A stretch of DNA of 32,000 nt. Origin: Massilicoli timonensis (lineage in GTDB: Bacteria; Bacillota_I; Bacilli_A; Erysipelotrichales; Erysipelotrichaceae). The stretch lies in the NCBI RefSeq assembly GCF_900199515.1, contig NZ_LT963434.1:693272-725271 (forward strand). Reading direction: 5' to 3'. Shown piece by piece: positions 7,260-15,073 of the stretch. Every line of letters begins with the position of its first letter. Position 1 is the stretch's first letter. Under the pieces are notes generated by a model. The model searched no databases and was not told where the DNA came from. It saw only the letters and a program-made list of their open reading frames with translations. Position numbers and translations under genes: made by a program.

Positions 7260-7766
7260 ATGGAGTGTAAAGACATTTTAAATTTAATAGCTATAATTGT
7301 AATTCCTATAGTTGCCGTCTTGATTGGACAACATTTGCAAAATAGAGCAGAAATAAGAAAAGATAAAATGCACATCTTCAAAGTGCTTATGACTTCTCGA
7401 ATATATGGCTGGACACAGGAAAGTGTGCATTGCCTTAATATTATTGATATTGTATTTTCAGATGATAAAAAAGTCCGTAATGCCTGGAAAGATTTATATG
7501 ACAAATATTGCGTTAAGAACCCAGATGAAGTGCAACTCAAAAAAATTCAGAACGCTCAATATAAATTATTGGAAACAATAGCAAAATCTTTGGGATATAA
7601 GGATAAGGTTACTTGGGAAACCATTCAAAATCCATATATTCCAGATGGAATGATACGGCAACAGCAGGAACAAGCAGCATCTCGACAAGCATACAATGAT
7701 ATTTTGCTAAATATGCAACATATGATACCCAAAAATAATAAGGTGGATGAAAACAATGAGCACTAA
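7260..7766 (+). CDS. hypothetical protein with an N-terminal membrane anchor
   Basis: ORF track, 168 aa. A strong AGGAGGA RBS sits 7 nt upstream. One hydrophobic helix (ILNLIAIIVIPIVAVLIG) is followed by a charged soluble part. The stop overlaps the mod start. It resembles small DUF-type proteins by memory only; this is unverified. Confidence 0.6.
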   Translation: MECKDILNLIAIIVIPIVAVLIGQHLQNRAEIRKDKMHIFKVLMTSRIYGWTQESVHCLNIIDIVFSDDKKVRNAWKDLYDKYCVKNPDEVQLKKIQNAQYKLLETIAKSLGYKDKVTWETIQNPYIPDGMIRQQQEQAASRQAYNDILLNMQHMIPKNNKVDENNEH

Positions 7767-9462
7767 TATATCAAAACAAAAGCGTGAGGACTTATTGAAT
7801 AAAATCAAAGAAATCCGAACCTTTATTTCTGCTGCTCAACAGGATGAGAACACGGGCAATCTTCTTTCCTATCTTTCCGATTTAGAGAAAGATGTAAACG
7901 GCAAGAAATATGGACTTGTATTCGAAGAACACCGTGAGGAAATCGACGATGTGCTTGATACCCATACACCGGTACTGACCGAAGAGAAAGACCTGTTCAT
8001 TGACAACGGCGGACAAATGAATTTTCTCATTGAAGGGGATAACCTTGCTTCTCTTAAATTACTCGAAAAGACACATAAGGGAAAAATAAAAATGATTTAT
8101 ATAGATCCGCCGTATAATACAGCAAATAAAGATTTTGCGTATGATGATACAAGAGTGGATGCTACTGATACATTTAGACATAGCAAATGGCTATCTTTTA
8201 TGAGAGTAAGACTCAAAATTGCTCGAAATTTGTTAAGTGATGATGGTATTCTATTTATTTCAATAGATGATAACGAGCAGGCTGACTTAAAATTGTTGTG
8301 TGACGAAATATTCAAAGAAGAAAACTTTTTCTCTCAGGTTATTGTTCAGTCAAACAAGAGGGGGCAAACCTATAAGCAAATTGCAAAAACACACGAATAT
8401 TTACTTATTTACACACGCTCTCCAGAAGCAGAATTTAACGAGATTGATAAAACTGATGAGGATAATGACCTTAATCTTCTTGACGGCATCAGTGCATACA
8501 ATGTAAGAGAGTTAAGAAATCGTAATCCTAAATTTGGTAAACACAACCGTCCTAATTTGTTTTACCCGATATATGTAAATCCTTTGACTATTGACAAAGA
8601 TGGATTTTGCCCTGTTTCATTAACACAAACTGACGAATATTACATAGAAGTTTTCCCTTATAACTCAACAGGAGTAGAAAGTTGTTGGCGTTGGGGAACA
8701 AAATTATTTAGCGAAAATGTAAATGCTGATACACAAATGAGTAATGTTGTTGCTCGAGCCAAAAGAGATGGCGCATTTAACATATACGAAAAATATCGTA
8801 AAACAACTTATAAGGCAAAATCAATATGGGTTGAAACAGATGTCATTACTGAAAAAGGTACTGTAGAACTTGGTGAACTCGGTCTTGCAGAGCGTTTTCC
8901 GTTTCCAAAACCATTGTTTTTACTAAAAAAATGCTTACAGATTGGAACAAATCCTAACGATATAATTCTCGACTTCTTCGCCGGCAGTGGAACAACGGGA
9001 CACGCAGTGATGAAACTAAATGCAGAAGATGGCGGTAATCGTAAATTTATCCTTTGCACCAACAACGAAAACAACATCTGCCGTGAGGTCACATACGAGC
9101 GTATCAAGCGCGTTATTGACAAAGAGGGTTACTCCGCTTCGTTGAAATATTACAAGGTAGATTATATCCCCATAAGTGAGCGTATGTATTATGAATATGC
9201 GGACGAGTTGTTAAAGCATATCCGTGAACTTGTCGAACTTGAAAACGGCGTTAACTTCACAAACAACGCAGAAATAGCTATCGTTCTTACAGAAGAAGAA
9301 CTTGATAACTTTATTTCTCAACTTGAAAACAACACCAAATGTCGGAAACTATATTTAGGGCACGATATTCTGATAGACGCACAGCAAGCACAAGTTTTGA
9401 GGGATAGGAAGATTACGGCAAATATCATTCCTGACTACTATTACAAAGAATTGGAGGGCTAA
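7756..9462 (+). CDS. mod: type III restriction-modification N6-adenine DNA methyltransferase (Mod)
   Basis: ORF track 7747..9462. Motif IV is IYIDPPYNT and the later motif I is DFFAGSGTTGHAV (beta-class order). It is followed 2 nt later by a Res-type helicase-nuclease. The start is set to ATG 7756 (AAGGTGG 9 nt upstream). Confidence 0.9.
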   Translation: MSTNISKQKREDLLNKIKEIRTFISAAQQDENTGNLLSYLSDLEKDVNGKKYGLVFEEHREEIDDVLDTHTPVLTEEKDLFIDNGGQMNFLIEGDNLASLKLLEKTHKGKIKMIYIDPPYNTANKDFAYDDTRVDATDTFRHSKWLSFMRVRLKIARNLLSDDGILFISIDDNEQADLKLLCDEIFKEENFFSQVIVQSNKRGQTYKQIAKTHEYLLIYTRSPEAEFNEIDKTDEDNDLNLLDGISAYNVRELRNRNPKFGKHNRPNLFYPIYVNPLTIDKDGFCPVSLTQTDEYYIEVFPYNSTGVESCWRWGTKLFSENVNADTQMSNVVARAKRDGAFNIYEKYRKTTYKAKSIWVETDVITEKGTVELGELGLAERFPFPKPLFLLKKCLQIGTNPNDIILDFFAGSGTTGHAVMKLNAEDGGNRKFILCTNNENNICREVTYERIKRVIDKEGYSASLKYYKVDYIPISERMYYEYADELLKHIRELVELENGVNFTNNAEIAIVLTEEELDNFISQLENNTKCRKLYLGHDILIDAQQAQVLRDRKITANIIPDYYYKELEG

Positions 9463-9464
9463 AA

Positions 9465-11660
9465 ATGGATATTATCCTTGCGAACTTTCAGATAAAAGCT
9501 ATCGCCGATTTAACTGAAGCGATGGAACAGCCGAATAGGGATATTATCCTCAAAAGCTGTACGGGAAGCGGAAAAACCATTATACTCACTCATTTTATGG
9601 ATGAATATTTAAAAAGCAATCATAAAACGGTATTTATTTGGCTTACTCCCGGTAAAGGCAACCTTGAGGAACAAAGTAAAGAAAAAATGGATCGGTATAT
9701 CCACGGAAGTCAGACAAAATTAATTTCCGACATTATGACTGCCGGATTTGAAGAAAACGATGCTTGCTTTATTAACTGGGAAAAGCTGACTAAGAAAGGG
9801 AACAATGCTTTGAAAGACAGCGAGCGCACAAACTTTATCGAACACATACGCAACGCTCTTGATAGCGGGCTGTGCTTTAAAATTATTGTTGATGAGTCCC
9901 ATCAAAACGACACAATCAAAGCGGATGATATTATTGAGTTGTTTCATTCAGATAAAATAATCCGATGTTCAGCTACGCCTAAAAATTATAAGAATGCCAT
10001 TTTAATCGATATTCCCGAAGAGGATGTTATTGCAGAGGGCTTAATTAAAAAGTTGCTTATTATTAATGAGAATTTTGAGCAACACATAAATGTGGATGAT
10101 CAGATTACATATTTGATTGATAAAGCGATAGATAAGCAGAGAGAACTACATTCTGAATACCTGAATCAAAAATCAGAAATCAACCCTCTTATTATCGTAC
10201 AAATTCCAAACAAGTCTGACGCTTTACTTGACAGAGTTGAAGAATATTTTGAAAGTAAAGGGATTACTTACGAAAATAATTTACTTGCTGTATGGCTTTC
10301 GGACAAAAAACAAAACCTTGAAGATATTGAGGAACCAAATGCAGAACCTATTGCAGTTATTATCAAACAGGCTGTGGCTACAGGTTGGGATTGTCCTCGT
10401 GCACAGATTCTTGTAAAGCTCCGTGATAATATGAGCGAGGTGTTTGAAATTCAGACTATCGGACGAATTCGCCGTATGCCCGAAGCAAAACACTATGAGA
10501 GTGATTTGCTTGATAGCTGCTATCTATATACTTTAGATGAGAAGTTCACAGAAAGCGTAAAGCTGAGCTTAGGACAAGGAGCGCTCGACGCATACAAGAT
10601 TTTTTTAAAACCGGAGTATCGTTCATTTACACTCATCAGCGAATACAAAACCGATGTCCCATATCCTCGTGATGCAAAACTATCACTTAAAGTAATACAC
10701 AAGTATTTTGAAAAGAAATATCATATCACAGGTGACACTGCTAAAAACAAAGCGCTGTTGGAAGCACACGGTTATTCCTTTTCTGAAGATATTATTGATT
10801 TTACAAAGTCGGGGGCTGTAAGTACCTTATCAAAAGAAAATATAACTGGATTGAACGATATATCGATACACGAGCCGTTGAACACACATAAACACGGCAA
10901 AGAATATCATCATTGTGTCGCAGAAATAGGATATAAAGTAAATTTGGATTACAATAGTACGAATACTATTATGCGTAAACTGTTCCTTAACGGATTGCGT
11001 TGTGAGTCTAAAATTTTAAAAATCGAAACAAGAGAGCTATATGCTTTCATAATCAATAATAAGCGTTTATTGATTGAGGATGTTCGTGATGCTATGGCGG
11101 ATGAATCCCTACAACTGGCTTTGACAATTCCGAAAACAACAGAAAAACCCATCGGTTTTCCGTTAGAAATGATTTTTACCTACGATGGGACTTCGAAATC
11201 GCAGACAGAATTTTCTAAAAATGTATATAAAGGATATCTTTCCTCTGCCGAAAAGCGTTCCTTACCTGAGAAGCTTTTTGAACGCTATTGTGAAAACAGC
11301 AAAAACATTCAGTGGTTTTACAAAAACGGAGATAAGGGGATTGAATATTTTTCTATCGTTTATACGGATAACTTTGGAAAGCAAAAATCATTTTATCCTG
11401 ATTATATTATTGGAACAACTGACAATAAGGTATGGATAATCGAAACAAAAGGTGGATTTACTAAGTCTGGCGATAGTGAAGACATCGATAAGTATACTGC
11501 TAAAAAATTTGGAGTCTTAAAGGCTTATATCGACAAATATAAACTGCTTGGCGGTATTGTTCGACAAGATAAACAAAGCAGTGAACTTTGCATTTGCACA
11601 GAAACATATTCTGACGATATTAAAAGTGACAGTTGGAAACTGCTATCTGATGTATTATAA
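9465..11660 (+). CDS. res: type III restriction enzyme Res subunit (SF2 helicase plus PD-(D/E)XK nuclease)
   Basis: ORF track, 731 aa. Walker A is SCTGSGKT. DEAH-like motif is IVDESH. SAT motif is CSATP. Motif VI is QTIGRIRR. The C-terminal nuclease-like motif is FYPDYIIG...VWIIETKGG. Confidence 0.85.
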   Translation: MDIILANFQIKAIADLTEAMEQPNRDIILKSCTGSGKTIILTHFMDEYLKSNHKTVFIWLTPGKGNLEEQSKEKMDRYIHGSQTKLISDIMTAGFEENDACFINWEKLTKKGNNALKDSERTNFIEHIRNALDSGLCFKIIVDESHQNDTIKADDIIELFHSDKIIRCSATPKNYKNAILIDIPEEDVIAEGLIKKLLIINENFEQHINVDDQITYLIDKAIDKQRELHSEYLNQKSEINPLIIVQIPNKSDALLDRVEEYFESKGITYENNLLAVWLSDKKQNLEDIEEPNAEPIAVIIKQAVATGWDCPRAQILVKLRDNMSEVFEIQTIGRIRRMPEAKHYESDLLDSCYLYTLDEKFTESVKLSLGQGALDAYKIFLKPEYRSFTLISEYKTDVPYPRDAKLSLKVIHKYFEKKYHITGDTAKNKALLEAHGYSFSEDIIDFTKSGAVSTLSKENITGLNDISIHEPLNTHKHGKEYHHCVAEIGYKVNLDYNSTNTIMRKLFLNGLRCESKILKIETRELYAFIINNKRLLIEDVRDAMADESLQLALTIPKTTEKPIGFPLEMIFTYDGTSKSQTEFSKNVYKGYLSSAEKRSLPEKLFERYCENSKNIQWFYKNGDKGIEYFSIVYTDNFGKQKSFYPDYIIGTTDNKVWIIETKGGFTKSGDSEDIDKYTAKKFGVLKAYIDKYKLLGGIVRQDKQSSELCICTETYSDDIKSDSWKLLSDVL

Positions 11661-11675
11661 GAGAGGAAAATAAAA

Positions 11676-12605
11676 ATGAGTAGTCAAGAACCAAAGAAAA
11701 ATGTTCCAATTTACTTTTATTATCTTACAATATCAAAACAAAAGGATAGTAACGATTCTTCCGCTTACGATATACAAAAAATATTGGATTCATTTTCTAG
11801 ATTACTATCATATGTTACAGCGAAGAATCTGACCGATAGAAAAAAGGACATCAAAACTTCAGAAAAAGTTGTATGGCTTGATTCATATGAAGATTTAAAA
11901 AACGGAAATTACAATATTATTTTTAAGTCCGCAAAATATAATCACGTTAGAAATGAGATTGACACAGAAACAATGACTGAATTGGGCACACGTAAGCGCA
12001 AGCAGGATGGCGATGAAGAAAAGACCCATTTATGCATTCGTTATAACGCCGGAGAATACCGATTGCTTACTGTTCACGAAAGCAACCATTATGGTGTGAC
12101 ATTAAATTGTATAGTCGACTATTTGAATACTCAATTCGTAAGTTATAATGAAGATACGGATGATAAATATCATTATTCGATATCGTATGAAATTATGCCA
12201 GGAGAAGATTTTCTTTCATCAATCAAAAAAGCAAAAACTATGTCAATATTAAAGCTGGTAGTGAGCAAAGAAGATATCAAAGATGATTTTATGATGTTTG
12301 CTGGAAGAAATGATATTGCTGATGAAGTTGAAATATGTCTTAAACGCCCAAAAGGAGCTAAAAAGTTCCCTGAAAATTTGATAAAGGCGTATTTTGATAA
12401 TTCTCAGAATAAGGTAACAGGAAAAATCAAGAAAGTTACTATTAAAGGAACAAATTCATTCGGTCAATTTGAAGTTGATACTGAGCTTATGAAAATGAAA
12501 CATTATTTATCAGTTTCAGCTGAAATGGTAACCAACGAAGTAAACAGTTCGGATTTCTTTGAAAAAGCACAAGAATTCATAGAAGAAACGAGGGATAAAC
12601 AATGA
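11676..12605 (+). CDS. hypothetical soluble protein, 309 aa, no recognisable catalytic motif
   Basis: ORF track. A GAGAGGAA RBS sits about 8 nt upstream, and the gene starts 15 nt after the res stop. The protein is rich in charged residues. I found no Walker A, HEXXH, DxD or HTH pattern. Its stop overlaps the next start (ATGA). Confidence 0.7.
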   Translation: MSSQEPKKNVPIYFYYLTISKQKDSNDSSAYDIQKILDSFSRLLSYVTAKNLTDRKKDIKTSEKVVWLDSYEDLKNGNYNIIFKSAKYNHVRNEIDTETMTELGTRKRKQDGDEEKTHLCIRYNAGEYRLLTVHESNHYGVTLNCIVDYLNTQFVSYNEDTDDKYHYSISYEIMPGEDFLSSIKKAKTMSILKLVVSKEDIKDDFMMFAGRNDIADEVEICLKRPKGAKKFPENLIKAYFDNSQNKVTGKIKKVTIKGTNSFGQFEVDTELMKMKHYLSVSAEMVTNEVNSSDFFEKAQEFIEETRDKQ

Positions 12606-13141
12606 AAAGTATAATTTTTATTCCTCTAAAGGATTACTTTTTTTCAAGGAAAAATGTATTAATTAAATTTCTCATTCCAATGCTGATTGCTTTAGCTGCA
12701 TTATTATTATCTATATTTTTTAATATAGGTAATTCAGAAAAAGTTATATCAACCTTTTCTGGATTTATAGATACGCAGATAAATATTGTAGCAATTTTAA
12801 TTTCTTTTTCTATAGCGATTATTACAATTTTAGTGTCTGCTGACAACAAGAATATACAATGCTTAAAAGAAACCGAATCAAACAAAACACAATATAAGCC
12901 TGTTAACGGTAAGCAATTATCTCTATTTCAAATTTTGCTTTCTAATATAACATACAATGTTATTGTAGAAATAATATACCTAGTTGGGCTTATAGCTATT
13001 TCTCTTATAAAAACTATTTTGCCCATTGTATCATTGAAATTCATTGTATCTATTTGTCTCTTTATTATTTTACACATATTGTTTGTGTTACTTGAATCGG
13101 TCTCTCAAATGTATCTGACTTTTTGGGCAAATAAAAAATAG
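12602..13141 (+). CDS. hypothetical integral membrane protein, 179 aa, about four TM helices
   Basis: ORF track. A GAGGGA RBS is present and an ATGA overlap links it to the upstream gene. Hydrophobic stretches: LIKFLIPMLIALAALLLSIFF, INIVAILISFSIAIITILVS, NVIVEIIYLVGLIAISLI, FIVSICLFIILHILFVLL. GC is very low (20% in my count of the line at 12601). Confidence 0.7.
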   Translation: MKSIIFIPLKDYFFSRKNVLIKFLIPMLIALAALLLSIFFNIGNSEKVISTFSGFIDTQINIVAILISFSIAIITILVSADNKNIQCLKETESNKTQYKPVNGKQLSLFQILLSNITYNVIVEIIYLVGLIAISLIKTILPIVSLKFIVSICLFIILHILFVLLESVSQMYLTFWANKK

Positions 13142-13143
13142 TT

Positions 13144-13187
13144 ATTGACGGCAGGGACAGTTTTGATCTCCTGCCGTCAATTTGTTT
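13144..13187. terminator. bidirectional stem-loop terminator between convergent genes
   Basis: ATTGACGGCAGG (13144..13155), 14-nt loop, CCTGCCGTCAAT (13170..13181), then TTGTTTA. It lies between the stop at 13141 (+) and the tnpV stop at 13186 (-). Confidence 0.6.
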
Positions 13188-13563
13188 ATACTGTATAAAT
13201 CAATTCTTTATCTACAATCTCCCTCGCTCTGTTACGAATGTTATTCATCCTCTGCACCCAAAGCATTTGATTTTCAGCTTTGAGCTTTTCTGTTACATTT
13301 TCTTTTTCCGCCAGTTGTTTTACCAGCCGGGAAAACATTTCTTCTGCCTGTTCATTAACCCCGGCAAGGTAACTGTTCAGCTTGCAGGAAGTCAGCAGAT
13401 TCACATAAAGAGTCCTTTTATGCTCCTTAATATACCTCAAGTGTCTTTGTCCCCACACGCCCACTGGCTTCTGTTCTTCTTCGGACAGTGAGAGGCAAGG
13501 GAGATAATAATCTCCCTGCCGTACATAAGTGCCGCCCATTTCTTCAAAAATCGTCTTTGCCAT
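13186..13563 (-). CDS. tnpV: transposon-encoded TnpV-like protein
   Basis: ORF track, 125 aa. MAKTIFEEMGGTYVRQGDYYLPCLSL...WGQRHLRYIKEHKRTLYVNLLTSCKLNSYL matches the TnpV family of Tn4451-type mobilizable transposons as I recall it. Confidence 0.75.
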   Translation of the reverse strand: MAKTIFEEMGGTYVRQGDYYLPCLSLSEEEQKPVGVWGQRHLRYIKEHKRTLYVNLLTSCKLNSYLAGVNEQAEEMFSRLVKQLAEKENVTEKLKAENQMLWVQRMNNIRNRAREIVDKELIYTV

Positions 13564-13572
13564 TTTGTTTTC

Positions 13573-14826
13573 CTACCTTTCATAATTTTTATTTTTTGAA
13601 CGCTTTTCACGCTCTTGTGACTGTGTTTTCGGTGCAGGAATCGGCTCATAAAGAATACTTTTTTCCTGTTTCTTGAACCTCTCAAGGATACCGTCAATAA
13701 ATTCTTTGACCGCTTTAGGCGCCGCTTTTAACGCTTCCAGATACGGTCTGCATTTTTCCGTCAGCTCAGATAAAGCTGTTTTTAGCCGTGAAACTTCAGA
13801 TTGTAATGACCATATCTGCCTTGTTAGATACTGATTTTCTTCCTGTAATTTCTTTGCTTCGGACACCGCTGAGTAGCTTTGTTTTGCAAGGGTGGTTAGC
13901 TTTTCGTAGTCGTCTGCCGACACGGTATATTTGCCTGTAAACGACTTTTTGCCTGAGCTGTCAATCTCATGAAAGGTCATAAAAGCATTGTGATTTTCTT
14001 CATACCGTACCTGTTCTCCAGCGATTTTTTCTTGAAGACTTGATAGTTTCTCTTTGTCTTTCTTGATTTTAAATTCAAGTGAAGCTAAGTTTTCAGCAGT
14101 ACTTCCACGCTCTCCACGGCTGAATCCGTTAAAGCCAGCTTCCTGCATATGCTCATAAAACTTGTCCTGTAATATGCTATAGGAAGCGTGATAGACTGGC
14201 TTTCCTTTGCTGTTCAGAATGGGATTTCCGTTTTCATCAAGCGCCTTTTCGGACTTCCATTTCTTTGAATGGCTCACTTGATGAATGACCTCTTTTACCT
14301 TTCCTACCAGTTCAGGATCTTTACATCGTTTCGTCCAGCGCACATCCTTGTCCACCACCGGCAGCGCCATAATATGCAGATGATAGTGATAAATCGGTCT
14401 GCCGTACTTCTCAGTCATTGCTGTATTCAGTTCATCAGCGTGCATTACTGCAGATACAATATTGTCTTTACCGTAGAGCTTTTCTGCAAAATGGAAGGCT
14501 TCTTCATAGAACCGACAGGCATATTCATAGCCGCCGTTCTGCTCGAAATAGTCGGTATTTACATCCATAATCATCTCGTCAAAGACTGTCGCATCAGGTT
14601 TTAACCCTTTCAAGGATACCTCTCCTGCGGCAATCATTTGGTCAAGATGTTCGTTATAGGTCAGCTCTCCGCAGCTCTTAAAACTTACATTCATAGGTGT
14701 GCGTGAGAGGTCAACATTCATATTTTCATAGCTGTCATTTTTACGCTCGATGTGTCGCTCAAACTTGCCAACCGTTGCTCTTGTACGGGTTTCGATACGG
14801 GCGACACTGAAGTTTTGTTTCGCCAT
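13573..14826 (-). CDS. MobV-family (Pre/Mob, TnpZ-like) relaxase
   Basis: ORF track, 417 aa. The N-terminus is FSVARIETRTRATVGKFERHIERK. The HxDE...HxH motif is MHADE...YHYHLHIMALPV. The C-terminal half is coiled-coil rich. Confidence 0.85.
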   Translation of the reverse strand: MAKQNFSVARIETRTRATVGKFERHIERKNDSYENMNVDLSRTPMNVSFKSCGELTYNEHLDQMIAAGEVSLKGLKPDATVFDEMIMDVNTDYFEQNGGYEYACRFYEEAFHFAEKLYGKDNIVSAVMHADELNTAMTEKYGRPIYHYHLHIMALPVVDKDVRWTKRCKDPELVGKVKEVIHQVSHSKKWKSEKALDENGNPILNSKGKPVYHASYSILQDKFYEHMQEAGFNGFSRGERGSTAENLASLEFKIKKDKEKLSSLQEKIAGEQVRYEENHNAFMTFHEIDSSGKKSFTGKYTVSADDYEKLTTLAKQSYSAVSEAKKLQEENQYLTRQIWSLQSEVSRLKTALSELTEKCRPYLEALKAAPKAVKEFIDGILERFKKQEKSILYEPIPAPKTQSQEREKRSKNKNYER

Positions 14827-14867
14827 TTTCTCACTCCTTTCCGAAGGTGTATTTTCGGGGAGCCGCA

Positions 14868-14978
14868 GTTACACAACTTTTTCAAAGTGTGTAACCCACT
14901 ATGACACTTTCAGCGCTTCGGCTGCAAAGATGTCGTGGGCTCTCCGAGGGGCAAAGAACACCTTTGAAAAGGTGTTCT
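14868..14978. other. candidate oriT region upstream of the MobV relaxase gene
   Basis: Hairpin GTTACACA (14868..14875) / TGTGTAAC (14888..14895), whose 3' arm contains GTGTGT, similar to the GTGTG/T nick context of pMV158-type oriT. A second perfect palindrome is AGAACACCTT-tgaa-AAGGTGTTCT (14955..14978). Confidence 0.4.
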
Positions 14979-15010
14979 CTGCACTCTCCACCAAACTTTA
15001 TTACTTCCCG

Positions 15011-15057
15011 AAAAAAGAACATTGCAAGGTTGCAGATATGCCTGTCTTTGCAATGTT
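15011..15057 (-). terminator. rho-independent terminator of the AAA ATPase gene
   Basis: The minus-strand RNA has AACAUUGCAA (15057..15048), 20-nt loop, UUGCAAUGUU (15027..15018), then C and U6 (15016..15011). It starts 17 nt after the stop at 15074. Confidence 0.55.
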
Positions 15058-15073
15058 GCAACCTTGAAAAACT

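Noticed and set aside
7756-9462. Possible phase-variable simple-sequence repeat in the type III mod gene
   Set aside because: I looked for long homopolymer or short tandem tracts. The longest seen is an A7 run near 8925, which is too short to argue for phase variation.
5437-13190. Shared 10-mer TTTGTTTATA at 5437-5446 and 13181-13190 as possible direct repeats flanking the defence cassette
   Set aside because: A 10-nt AT-rich match is expected by chance in DNA of this composition. The second copy overlaps the terminator tail and the tnpV stop, and the two are not positioned equivalently.
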